Source: an archaeon
GTDB taxonomy: Archaea; Iainarchaeota; Iainarchaeia; Iainarchaeales; Iainarchaeaceae
Reading direction: 5' to 3'
Assembly: GCA_035289485.1 (NCBI GenBank)
Contig: DATDXA010000027.1
Span: 1-20,385 of the forward strand
DNA length: 20,385 bases
Below the pieces are notes generated by a model. It was given only the letters and a program-made list of their open reading frames with translations. It was not told the origin of the DNA and searched no databases. Position 1 is the first letter of the stretch. Every line of letters begins with the position of its first letter. Of the stretch, positions 7,583-15,983 are shown piece by piece. Both the position numbers and the translations under genes were made by a program.

Positions 7583-8143
7583 ATGGGTAAAGAGCTTGTT
7601 TTTCCGGGTTCAGTGCTAGGTTACGAGGAAGAATTCGTGGCGGGAGCGCACGCGTTTGAGAGCGAGGGAGCGGTTTTTTCCGATTCTGTTGGGTCAAAAG
7701 TGCTTGATACCACTAAATACGAGGCAAGTGTTGAGAAGGCAACCCGCGGGGTAAAAATCACCGAGCGCGGCTGCACAGTAACCTGCATTGTAAGCTTAGT
7801 GAAAGCCAACACTGTTCTTGTTGAGATTAAGGATTCAGAGATAAATGGCGAGGCGCGCGTTGTGCACGACCGCAACGGCTCTATTAATGTCCGGAACATG
7901 GCAAACAGCTATGTGCAGAGCACAGAGGACTGCTACCGCGCAGGCGACATTGTCAAGGCAAAAGTAATTGATGTTACCGCTTACGGAATAGAGCTTGAGA
8001 CCCGCGCGCCAGAGCTCGGAGTCATAAAGGCCTACGGAATAAGGTCAAGAAAGCCGCTTCATTTAATTGATGGGAAGCTAAGGGACCCCGCAACCGGGGC
8101 GATTGAGGAGAGGAAAATTTCTGTTGATTATTTGCTCAAGTAA
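7583..8143 (+). CDS. csl4: Exosome RNA-binding subunit Csl4
   Basis: LVFPGSVLGYEEEF..G N-terminus, S1 domain GDIVKAKVI, ELGVIKA...EERKIS; directly upstream of rpoL, as is typical. Confidence 0.88.
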   Translation: MGKELVFPGSVLGYEEEFVAGAHAFESEGAVFSDSVGSKVLDTTKYEASVEKATRGVKITERGCTVTCIVSLVKANTVLVEIKDSEINGEARVVHDRNGSINVRNMANSYVQSTEDCYRAGDIVKAKVIDVTAYGIELETRAPELGVIKAYGIRSRKPLHLIDGKLRDPATGAIEERKISVDYLLK

Positions 8144-8169
8144 TGGATTGATTTAAGGGGATGGATTGG

Positions 8170-8445
8170 ATGAAAATAGATGTGCTAAAAAATGAGAAGA
8201 ATTTTGTCGAGTTCACAATAGAAGGGCAGAGGCATACTCTTCCAAACCTTCTAAAGCAGAAACTGCTTGAAAATAAGAGCGTGGAATTCGTCTCATATGT
8301 GCTCGAGCACCCGATGGACAAAAGCGCGAAGTTCGTTCTGCGCACCGATGGGAAATCCCCAAAGAAAGCGCTTGAGGACGCGGCAAAGGAAATAGAAGAA
8401 GAGCTTGATGACTTCTCTAAAAAAGTCAAAAAGGCCTTAAAATAA
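8170..8445 (+). CDS. rpoL: DNA-directed RNA polymerase subunit L (Rpo11)
   Basis: IEGQRHTLPNLLKQKL...VEFVSYVLEHP...RTDG.SPKKAL. Alternative start 8161. Confidence 0.93.
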   Translation: MKIDVLKNEKNFVEFTIEGQRHTLPNLLKQKLLENKSVEFVSYVLEHPMDKSAKFVLRTDGKSPKKALEDAAKEIEEELDDFSKKVKKALK

Positions 8446-8446
8446 C

Positions 8447-8477
8447 CTTTTTCTTTTCGTTACACAAAAAGAAAAAG
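8447..8477. terminator. T-rich tract / inverted repeat after rpoL, probable terminator
   Basis: CTTTTTCTTTT (8447-8457) and AAAAGAAAAAG (8467-8477) are exact reverse complements, just after the stop codon. Confidence 0.45.
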
Positions 8478-8508
8478 CTTAACCAAAAAGAAAAGTGTAT
8501 TTTCTTTT

Positions 8509-9210
8509 ATGCCAAAAAGTTTTTGGGACAATCTCAAATGGCTTGACCCGTTCACTTACGTGGACAAGTATCTGATGCCTGTTGTGAACCCAAAGGGCGA
8601 CAAATTAATTGAAAATATTGTTTACGTTCTTTCCGCTCTCATTTTTGCGTATGTTCTCTACAATTTCGTGCTCGCTGGTTTACTTGGCACAAGCGCCCCT
8701 CTTGTGATTGTTTACTCCGGCTCAATGGAGCCTGTGCTCTACCGCGGTGATGTTGCCATTCTCACAGGCTCGAAAGATTTTACTGTTGCGCAGGCGGATG
8801 TGGATTTCCCCGTGGGCGGCAAGAGGCTTTCCGATTTTGCGGAGATTGGCTATGCCCAAAACGAAAAATATGGGCTGCGGCAGGCCGCGCTCAAAATCAA
8901 TGGCAATGAATACCGATTCGACCCGCAAGGGCCGATTGTGGTTTACTACTCGCAGCTGCGGGGGCAGGATATCATTCACCGCGCCGTGCTAAAGCTTCAC
9001 GCGCCCGACGGTGATTTTCTCATTACCATGGGCGACAACAACTCGCGCATTGACATCGATTGCCCATCGCAGAGCACGCAGTGCATTACGCTCTCGCCAG
9101 TTCCAGTTGAAAAGGTCCGCGGCAAGTACCTCTTTCACATCCCGCTTATAGGTTATGCAAAGCTCATTATTTTTGACGATTTGCCAAAACTTTTGGGGGG
9201 TTCGCAATGA
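8509..9210 (+). CDS. sec11: Signal peptidase I (archaeal/Sec11 type)
   Basis: IVYSGSMEPVLYRGD (catalytic Ser), IIHRAV (His), TMGDNN, IPLIGYAKL; N-terminal transmembrane helix. Confidence 0.9.
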   Translation: MPKSFWDNLKWLDPFTYVDKYLMPVVNPKGDKLIENIVYVLSALIFAYVLYNFVLAGLLGTSAPLVIVYSGSMEPVLYRGDVAILTGSKDFTVAQADVDFPVGGKRLSDFAEIGYAQNEKYGLRQAALKINGNEYRFDPQGPIVVYYSQLRGQDIIHRAVLKLHAPDGDFLITMGDNNSRIDIDCPSQSTQCITLSPVPVEKVRGKYLFHIPLIGYAKLIIFDDLPKLLGGSQ

Positions 9211-9575
9211 TAAAAAAACTAAACGTAGTGCCAACTACAATTGTGCCAATGGTTGGGGGTCTAGCATCTGCAGGAGTTGTAGGTGAATTCCGCGAGTTCA
9301 TAAAAGATTACAAGGTAGTTGGGCTTGCAGTTGCCGTAATAGTAGGCACAGCCGCCACAGGGCTGATTTCTTCGCTTGTGAACAATATCATTATGCCAAT
9401 AATCACTTTTTTCATTCCAACAGGCGAATGGGAGAGCGCAACATATGCTATCGGAACCATAAGCATCGGTTGGGGCGCATTCCTTGCCGCGCTTGTGAAT
9501 TTCATCATAATCGCCTTTGTGGTTTTTGCGATTGCAAAGTGGGTCATTAGGGAAGAAAAACAAAAGAAGAAGTGA
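9207..9575 (+). CDS. mscL: Large-conductance mechanosensitive channel family protein
   Basis: EFREFI..KVVGLAVAVIVG.A...LISSLVNNIIMPII and WGAFLAALVNFIIIAFVVF. Start position uncertain. Confidence 0.9.
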   Translation: MIKKLNVVPTTIVPMVGGLASAGVVGEFREFIKDYKVVGLAVAVIVGTAATGLISSLVNNIIMPIITFFIPTGEWESATYAIGTISIGWGAFLAALVNFIIIAFVVFAIAKWVIREEKQKKK

Positions 9576-9615
9576 GCGCGCAATGTTTTAAACGCTTTTT
9601 TCCTCTTTGTTAATT

Positions 9616-10470
9616 ATGGCTTTTGTAAACACCCTTCCATATGTCAGCAACCCGATTGAGGAATTTTCAGATTTCAAATTTGTCAGCTGGGAAAAAGAAA
9701 TCTACCCAAAGTTCAAGGGCGGGGTAAAAAAGAATGAGCGGGATTTTTTCCTTGACCTGGTAGTGCAAAACAAATTCAGAAGCATCATAGATTTTGGCGT
9801 AGGCGGCGGAACAGAGCTTAGCGCAATCCTCTCAGGCCTTGAAGAGAGAAACTATTTGCTTCAAAGTGCCGAAGCAAACGAGGTGAACAGTGATTTCATT
9901 GCCCAGGCATCAAAAGCTTTCGCCGCGAAAAACCAAGAAGTAACCATTCACAAGGCAAACTGGCTAGACCTTCCAAAAGCCGAGCCGCAGTATTCAAACG
10001 TTTTCGACTTCGGTTTTCTTACAGGAAATTCTCTCACATACATAGGCGGGGGCACGCGTGAGTACACAAAAAATGCGCAGCAGATTGTCGTGAGCAAGTT
10101 CGCGCAGATGCTAAGGAAAGGAGGGTATCTTTTCATAGACACAAGAAATTACGATTACATAAAATCGCTCATGCACCTTCCAAAAGAAAAAATATTCGAG
10201 AATTTTACGTTTGATTACTCCGTTTATTACCACGGTTTTCAGGAAAAGGTGCTTGTTTTCCCGGCATACATAAGCGAAACCGTTGTTGTCCTGCACTATT
10301 ATGATAAAGAGGGCAAAAAGTGGAGCAAGCTTGACCTTTATCCAATATACCAAAAGGATATGCTCGAAATTCTTGGCAAAGACTTTGCAATAGAAAAAGT
10401 TTACCATGATTTTTCAGAGGAAAAGAAGGAAAAAAGCCTATTTGTGCAGTACCTTGCAAGGAAAAAATGA
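9616..10470 (+). CDS. Class I SAM-dependent methyltransferase, glycine/sarcosine N-methyltransferase-like
   Basis: Motif I IIDFGVGGG, ANWLDL, GNSLTY and GGYLFIDTRNYDYI, which resemble the GNS and DxRNYD motifs of glycine N-methyltransferases. Confidence 0.75.
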   Translation: MAFVNTLPYVSNPIEEFSDFKFVSWEKEIYPKFKGGVKKNERDFFLDLVVQNKFRSIIDFGVGGGTELSAILSGLEERNYLLQSAEANEVNSDFIAQASKAFAAKNQEVTIHKANWLDLPKAEPQYSNVFDFGFLTGNSLTYIGGGTREYTKNAQQIVVSKFAQMLRKGGYLFIDTRNYDYIKSLMHLPKEKIFENFTFDYSVYYHGFQEKVLVFPAYISETVVVLHYYDKEGKKWSKLDLYPIYQKDMLEILGKDFAIEKVYHDFSEEKKEKSLFVQYLARKK

Positions 10471-10565
10471 GCATCTTCCTGCCGCCCCTCAATACTTTTA
10501 AAGGCTTCAGTGTTCCATACTATTAGCAAGTATTGTTCAAATTTCATGTTTTGCAGGTTTTACAA

Positions 10566-11312
10566 ATGAAGCTGGTTTTTGAGGACGCGTCGCTCTTTAA
10601 GCGCTATATAGACGGGCTTTCAGCGCTCGTAGACGAATCCGAATTCGTTATAAGCGAGAGCGGCCTTGGCCTCAAAGCTACCGACCCTTCGCAGATTTCC
10701 CTAGTGGATTTCACTTTGCCAAAAAAAGCCTTCAAGAAGTTTGAGGCCGCAGCAGCTACAAAAATCGGCGTGGACCTAAACTACCTAAACCAGATTACCG
10801 GAAGGGCAAAGGCCCGGGATTCACTTGAGCTTTCACTTTCTGAGGATTCATCAAAGCTTCTTGTGGTTTTCGCAGGCGGCTCTAAAAGAAGCTTTTCAAT
10901 TCCGCTCCTCGATATTTCTTCAGCAGATCTTCCGCTTCCGCGCATTGAGTTCGATGCTGAAATAAAAATCAGGGCGGATGCGCTGCAAAACAGCTTCAAG
11001 GACGCCGATCTCATTTCCACGCACATAAATCTTTCAGTTGAGAATGATTCATTTGTTGTGCGCGCGAACTCGAGCAAGGGAAACCTCGAGAACGTTTACT
11101 CCGCAAAGGACAAATCGGTAGTTTCACTTAAAGCCCAGGACCAGGTGCGCGCGATGTTCCCGCTTGATTATTTGGAAAATATTGTAAAGGCCGCTTCATC
11201 AGATACTGAAATAACAGTGAAACTAAAGACGAATGCGCCTGTTGAGATTTCATATTCGCTTGGCGAAGGGAAGTTCACTTACTACTTAGCGCCGAGAATC
11301 GAATCAGAATAA
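10566..11312 (+). CDS. pcn: DNA polymerase sliding clamp PCNA, paralogue 1
   Basis: ATDPSQISLVD, IGVDL, IPLLD connector, FPLDYL, C-terminal YYLAPRIE; about 248 aa. Confidence 0.95.
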   Translation: MKLVFEDASLFKRYIDGLSALVDESEFVISESGLGLKATDPSQISLVDFTLPKKAFKKFEAAAATKIGVDLNYLNQITGRAKARDSLELSLSEDSSKLLVVFAGGSKRSFSIPLLDISSADLPLPRIEFDAEIKIRADALQNSFKDADLISTHINLSVENDSFVVRANSSKGNLENVYSAKDKSVVSLKAQDQVRAMFPLDYLENIVKAASSDTEITVKLKTNAPVEISYSLGEGKFTYYLAPRIESE

Positions 11313-11315
11313 GAA

Positions 11316-11756
11316 CTATTTTTCGAGAGCGATTATTTTATCGACGCGCCGCAGATGCCTCTGCTCGCTTGCGCCTTTTGCCTTCAAAAATGCATCAAGT
11401 ATTTTCTTCGCGCGAGCAGGAGTGTATGTTCTACCCCCGAGGCATATGATATTTGCATCATTGTGCTCGTGCGCAACCTTCGCGGTGTACTCATCAAAAG
11501 GGTTTGCCGCGCGAATCCCCTTTATTTTATTTGCGGTGATGCTCATCCCAATTCCTGTGCCGCAAACAAGAAGCCCAAATGAGCCTTTCTCTTCGGCAAC
11601 ACGAAGTGCAACCTTCTGCGCAAAATCAGGGTAATCGGTTTTCTCTTCGTTAAAAGCGCCCACATCAAAAACTTCAATCTTTTTTTTCTCAAGGTGCTTT
11701 TTGAGCGCTTCTTTTGTTTTGAACCCGGCGTGATCAGAACCTGTGTAGAATTTCAT
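11316..11756 (-). CDS. rpiB: Ribose-5-phosphate isomerase B
   Basis: GSDHAG, DYPDFA, CGTGIGMSITANKIKGIRAA, HNDAN, RHLRRVDKI. Confidence 0.95.
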   Translation of the reverse strand: MKFYTGSDHAGFKTKEALKKHLEKKKIEVFDVGAFNEEKTDYPDFAQKVALRVAEEKGSFGLLVCGTGIGMSITANKIKGIRAANPFDEYTAKVAHEHNDANIICLGGRTYTPARAKKILDAFLKAKGASEQRHLRRVDKIIALEK

Positions 11757-11778
11757 CCAACTCACTCATTTTGGCGCG

Positions 11779-11794
11779 AAAAGGGATTTAAATC
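11779..11794. promoter_or_regulatory. Shared bidirectional TATA box for rpiB and PCNA paralogue 2
   Basis: Palindrome GATTTAAATC (11785-11794), about 30 nt from both ATG 11756 (-) and ATG 11823 (+), preceded by AAAAGG. Confidence 0.55.
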
Positions 11795-11822
11795 GTACAG
11801 TGGCTCATCTCTATAAGATTGC

Positions 11823-12545
11823 ATGATTGAGCTAAAAAACGCCGGTTTTCTAAGGTCTAGTATTGAAGCCATTTCTTCTTTCATACCAGAAGGCAACTTC
11901 AGGTTCAATGAAAAGGGAGTGCATTTCCGCGCAATTGACCCAAGCCAGGTGGTGCTTGTTGATTATTTCATTGAAAAGAGCGCCTTTGACGCGTTCGATA
12001 TAGAGCCTTCTTTTGTGGGAGTTAACCTCTCGGAGATGAATAAGATTATTTCGCGCGCGCTTCCGGATGATAGGCTTATTTTGGGGCTTTCAGAATCTGA
12101 AATGAAGATAAGCTTCAAAGGTGAACTTGAGCGCCAGTTCAAGCTCCCTCTTTTAGATATTTCAGAGGGCGAACTAAAGCTTCCTGAAACAAAGTACGAG
12201 GCGCAGGTTGAAATCAATGCGCGGCTCCTAAAAGAAGCGCTAAAGGACGCTTCGCTTTTCAGCTCAAGTGTTGTTCTAAAAACCAAGGGGGACAAGTTTT
12301 TTGTAGAATCGCGGGGTTCAGCCGGAGTTCTAAACATCAGTTCCGCGCAGGCAAAGGGCGTAAAAGTCAAATCCAAAGAAGAGGTTGTCTCAAAATATTC
12401 ACTTACTTATCTGCAAAACATTGTAAAGGAGGCGAATCCGGATTCAACCATTCTTCTAGAGCTCAAAACCGATTCGCCGATGAAGGCGAGCTATACAATA
12501 GGCAAGAGCGAGATACGGTTTTACCTAGCGCACATGCTAATTTAG
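11823..12545 (+). CDS. pcn: DNA polymerase sliding clamp PCNA, paralogue 2
   Basis: AIDPSQVVLVD, VGVNL, LPLLD, SKYSLTYL, FYLA; 240 aa. Confidence 0.92.
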   Translation: MIELKNAGFLRSSIEAISSFIPEGNFRFNEKGVHFRAIDPSQVVLVDYFIEKSAFDAFDIEPSFVGVNLSEMNKIISRALPDDRLILGLSESEMKISFKGELERQFKLPLLDISEGELKLPETKYEAQVEINARLLKEALKDASLFSSSVVLKTKGDKFFVESRGSAGVLNISSAQAKGVKVKSKEEVVSKYSLTYLQNIVKEANPDSTILLELKTDSPMKASYTIGKSEIRFYLAHMLI

Positions 12546-12656
12546 TTTTTGTGTTATGCCAGGCCCCTTGAAGAGGGTCCGCTCCCTCCCGAAGAGCAGT
12601 TCGGGTGCATCACCGCGCAGATTAAAATCACTTTTGCACCGCTTTCTTTCGGTCAG

Positions 12657-13703
12657 ATGAATTTCACCGTTCAAGAACTCCGCTTTGCGCAAAAATACCC
12701 TTTCACCTCTACTGCAAAGGGAGTTATTGCGGATTCAAAGCTAACGCTAGATGATATTCCAGAGTACGTGCTCTCAAGGGCATCCGCGCTGGTTTTCGCG
12801 GCGTTCTCTGAAAAGGATTATTCTCCAAAAATCGAGACCTCAACAGAGCTTTTGCACAATGAGGTGCTTGCGTTTCCCGTTTCAAAGATTTTAGTTTCAC
12901 TAATCAACCGCCTAGAGCTTAGCAGGCGCTTTGTGCAGATGTTTGCGCACTCGGTTTTCAAAAATCTTGAAGCGGAAAAGGACGATGCAATTTTTGACAT
13001 GGCATCGGATTTGAAAATGCGCTTTGATATTCCCGATTCAAAGGATTTTTTCGCGCAGGTTTCACTTGCCGATTATTTGCGCCCCGATTTGGAAGAGCCC
13101 GAGGCCAAGCTTGTGAACCAGAAAGTGGACGCAGGAATGGTTTTTCTAACTCGCCAAGAGTTTGCAAGGCTAATTTCAATTATAGTTGCGCAGGAGCTGC
13201 GAAATTCCCTTCCGGTTGACACAAAGTCCGCGCCGCAAAGCCTCAAGAGCGCCGCAGAATCACTTGACAAGGAGTTCGCGCAGAGCGTGCGAAGGCAATT
13301 TTCCAAATCCGATTTCGGCGCTGTTGCTCCTGAAGCGTTCCCTCCGTGCATGGCAAAAATTTACGGCGAACTTTTGAACGGAGTGAATGTTACGCACTCC
13401 GGAAGGTTTGCAATTGCAACATTTCTAAGTTCCGTTGGAATGAGCGCTGAAAAAATAGTGGACGCATTCAGGCGCACGCCAAATTTTAGCGAGCGCGTGA
13501 CAAAATACCAGGTGAGCAGGATTGCCGGAACCGGCAAAGCGGACGGCAAGCCAAATTACAGCGCGCCAAGCTGCGATAAGATGCGCTCATACAACCTCTG
13601 CGTTGCAAATTGCCCTGTTTCTCACCCCGTGCAGTTCTATGGGCGGGAAATTACAAAAGGCACAGGCCAGCAAATTCCGCCGCACGTTGGCAGCGCCGAA
13701 TAA
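12657..13703 (+). CDS. priL: DNA primase large subunit
   Basis: KYPF, KLVNQKVDAGMV, FPPCM, HSGRF, TKYQV, Fe-S ligand region APSCDKMRSYNLCVANC..HP. ATG 12657 preferred over TTG 12549. Confidence 0.93.
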   Translation: MNFTVQELRFAQKYPFTSTAKGVIADSKLTLDDIPEYVLSRASALVFAAFSEKDYSPKIETSTELLHNEVLAFPVSKILVSLINRLELSRRFVQMFAHSVFKNLEAEKDDAIFDMASDLKMRFDIPDSKDFFAQVSLADYLRPDLEEPEAKLVNQKVDAGMVFLTRQEFARLISIIVAQELRNSLPVDTKSAPQSLKSAAESLDKEFAQSVRRQFSKSDFGAVAPEAFPPCMAKIYGELLNGVNVTHSGRFAIATFLSSVGMSAEKIVDAFRRTPNFSERVTKYQVSRIAGTGKADGKPNYSAPSCDKMRSYNLCVANCPVSHPVQFYGREITKGTGQQIPPHVGSAE

Positions 13704-13762
13704 ACTCCGTCTTTATTTTGCGTCACTGTTTTATCCGCCGGCTTTTTCCGAAATGCATTTTT

Positions 13763-13777
13763 GCAAAACTTTAAATA
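13763..13777 (+). promoter_or_regulatory. BRE/TATA promoter of the small basic peptide gene
   Basis: GCAAAAC-TTTAAATA, about 60 nt upstream of ATG 13839; SD AGGAGGT at 13824-13830. Confidence 0.65.
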
Positions 13778-13838
13778 CCGGGCACTCTTTAGTTAGTTAC
13801 AAAATTTTTGCCAATAAATTTCAAGGAGGTAACAAACC

Positions 13839-13922
13839 ATGGCCGCGAAAAGAAAAAAGGCAACTCATAGGAAAGTGAAACGCAAATCACACAAGAAAGT
13901 GCACAAGAAGAAGAGAAGGTAA
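13839..13922 (+). CDS. Very small, extremely basic peptide (27 aa, MAAKRKKATHRKVKRKSHKKVHKKKRR), not in the ORF track
   Basis: Consensus SD AGGAGGT 8 nt before the ATG, upstream TATA box and downstream hairpin with T-run; 11 Lys, 5 Arg, 3 His, no acidic residues. Confidence 0.8.
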   Translation: MAAKRKKATHRKVKRKSHKKVHKKKRR

Positions 13923-13944
13923 ACCCTTGTTTGCCTTCAGTTAA

Positions 13945-13975
13945 GGGGCCGGCTGTTGCCGGTTTCCCGATTTTT
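13945..13975 (+). terminator. Hairpin plus T-run terminator after the basic peptide gene
   Basis: GGGGCCGGC-TGTT-GCCGGTTTCCC followed by GATTTTT. Confidence 0.55.
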
Positions 13976-14014
13976 CCCCCTCTTTTATTAACTGTTTCCT
14001 GGAATTAGTTTTTC

Positions 14015-15232
14015 ATGGGGGTTGAGATTGCGCTGCGCCGAATGCTAAAGGGCTTTTACGATTCAGCGGAAATAGCCACCGTGCCGGAAATTGCAGAGCG
14101 CGAGTTCGGCATCGGGGATTTTGGGAAAAAGATTTCCTCAAGGCACCTTGCATTCAAGAACGCAAAAGAGCTCAACACCTTCCTTCGCGAGAAAACTCCT
14201 TTCTACATTTCTTATTCAAGCGCGAGATATGAGCTCCCTGCCGCGCGCCCAATGGAAAAAAAGGGATTTGTTGGCGGGGATCTGATTTACGAATTCGACG
14301 CCGATGACATAAAAACGGATTGCAAATCCTCGCACGATTCGTGGAAATGCCCTCAGTGCGGCTCATCCGGAAAAGGGAATGTGCGGGAGTGCTCAAGCTG
14401 CGGCGCGGGAACAAAAATCGATGAATGGGTCTGCCCCGAGTGCATAACCGAGACAAAAAAGCAGACACTTAGGATGCTTCGCGCGCTTGAGAATGATTTC
14501 AATTTTTCAGATGGCGTGCAGGTGAATTTTTCAGGAAGCAAGGGGTTTCACACCCACGTGCGCTCTTCTGCCGTTCAAAAGCTCTCGCGCGCGGCAAGGC
14601 TTGAACTTTTAGATTATCTTACCGGGACAAACCTAAGCCTTGAGGCAATGGGTTTTGTTTTTTCAAAAGGCTCCGTTTCATGCCCGCGCAGGGGCATTGC
14701 AAAGGGCTGGGCAAAGAGGCTTCTTGCCAAGGCACAGGCTGCATTCGAAGCTGGCGATGCCGACAGGATCGGGGTAATGGGCTCCGTTCTCTCAGGCGCC
14801 GCCTCGAAATTGTTAAAAGAAAAGCAGCGCATAATTAGTGGCATGGAAAGGGGGCAACTTTTATCCGCTTCAGGCGTGAAGCCGGAAAAATTCTGGAAAT
14901 CAGCACTGCAATATATCGCCTCAGAAGAGCAGCTAACACTCGACCGCCAGACTTCGGTTGACATAAATAAAATAATCCGCGTCCCAAATACTTTGCACGG
15001 CTCGACTGGGCTGCAGGCAAAAATCGCGGATGTTTCATCCCTTAATGGGTTTGATGCGCTCAAAGAATCCGTGGTGCTCCCTGAATCAGAAATGAAAATT
15101 TCAAATGCGAGTTCCCCAAAATTTTATGTCGGCGGAAAATGGTTCGGCCCCTTCAAAGAGGAAAATGTTTCGCTTCCTTCATATGCCGCATTTTTCCTTC
15201 TCGCGCGCGGCGCGGCAACGGAGATGGTGTAA
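14015..15232 (+). CDS. priS: DNA primase small (catalytic) subunit
   Basis: REFG, YISYSSARY..P, DLIYEFDAD, FSGSKGFH, IIRVPNTLHG; Cys-rich zinc-binding insert. Confidence 0.95.
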   Translation: MGVEIALRRMLKGFYDSAEIATVPEIAEREFGIGDFGKKISSRHLAFKNAKELNTFLREKTPFYISYSSARYELPAARPMEKKGFVGGDLIYEFDADDIKTDCKSSHDSWKCPQCGSSGKGNVRECSSCGAGTKIDEWVCPECITETKKQTLRMLRALENDFNFSDGVQVNFSGSKGFHTHVRSSAVQKLSRAARLELLDYLTGTNLSLEAMGFVFSKGSVSCPRRGIAKGWAKRLLAKAQAAFEAGDADRIGVMGSVLSGAASKLLKEKQRIISGMERGQLLSASGVKPEKFWKSALQYIASEEQLTLDRQTSVDINKIIRVPNTLHGSTGLQAKIADVSSLNGFDALKESVVLPESEMKISNASSPKFYVGGKWFGPFKEENVSLPSYAAFFLLARGAATEMV

Positions 15233-15784
15233 ATGGATTTAAATTATGATGAAATAAGGCGCATACATCGCCTTGAGAAAAATTCCTCAAAGCTCGTTGA
15301 AGTGAGCCAGGAGTTTTATTCCGACCTCAACGCCTTCATTGCAACGGAAAAAAAAGAGTATTTGGATTCATTTAAGGACCTCTCCTCTACAAAGGCGCGG
15401 GACTTTACAAACCTCAAGAACATGGTTGAGGAGATTTTCGCGCTGCGAGAGAAAAAAATACTCAACAAGGTTCTAGTGGCATCGCGCACGGGCGATAAGG
15501 GCGAGGAGCACATGGCGCTTCAGGAAAAGAGGCTCTTTAACGAGCTTCTTGTGCTTCTTGAAAAGCACAGCCGCATCCTTGCGGGCGTTTTTTCCGATGA
15601 ATCAAGGGGCGAATCCGAGAAGGATTTAAATACACTTTCTGTCGAGGTTCTTTCCGACATACCTGTTTTTGTCGGAGGGGACATGAACGAATACGGCCCA
15701 TTTCCAAAGGGCAGTGTTGTGTCGCTTCCGCTAAAGATTGCAAAGCTCCTTTCCACAAAAAAGCTTGTTGAGGTGAAAGAATGA
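15233..15784 (+). CDS. GINS complex subunit (Gins51/15 type)
   Basis: Helical A domain with EIFALREKKIL, C-terminal B domain DIPVFVGGDMNEYGPFPKGSVVSLP; directly after priS. Confidence 0.88.
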   Translation: MDLNYDEIRRIHRLEKNSSKLVEVSQEFYSDLNAFIATEKKEYLDSFKDLSSTKARDFTNLKNMVEEIFALREKKILNKVLVASRTGDKGEEHMALQEKRLFNELLVLLEKHSRILAGVFSDESRGESEKDLNTLSVEVLSDIPVFVGGDMNEYGPFPKGSVVSLPLKIAKLLSTKKLVEVKE

Positions 15785-15978
15785 AAACAATCGAAAGCAT
15801 GATTCCAACGCCAAAGACCAAATTTCTTAAGGTAAAATGCGGTGCATGCGGCAGCGAGCAGACAATTTTCAGCGCAGCCGCTTCAAAAGTCAAGTGCCTT
15901 GCATGCAGCCTGCCTCTTGCAGAACCTTCGGCTTCGAAAGCAGAGCTTAAGGCAAAAGTTCTCAAGGAGTTCGGATAG
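15781..15978 (+). CDS. rps27e: 30S ribosomal protein S27e
   Basis: PKTKFLKVKCGACGSEQTIFS...VKCLACS..LAEP. Confidence 0.95.
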   Translation: MKTIESMIPTPKTKFLKVKCGACGSEQTIFSAAASKVKCLACSLPLAEPSASKAELKAKVLKEFG

Positions 15979-15983
15979 TTTTG

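Noticed and set aside
12551..12613. tRNA, SECIS, fluoride riboswitch or known ribozyme call
   Set aside because: The required conserved motifs could not be matched by eye; kept only as an unassigned structured element.
12549..12656. N-terminal extension of PriL from TTG
   Set aside because: Not primase-like; similarity starts near ATG 12657, which has a TATA-like element about 30 nt upstream.
13522..13878. ORF-track 118-aa ORF
   Set aside because: Overlaps the priL end and runs out of frame across the promoter and start of the 27-aa gene.
13839..13922. Ribosomal protein L41e call
   Set aside because: Similar size and charge, but it lacks the KW-x-KKR-x-RRL pattern.
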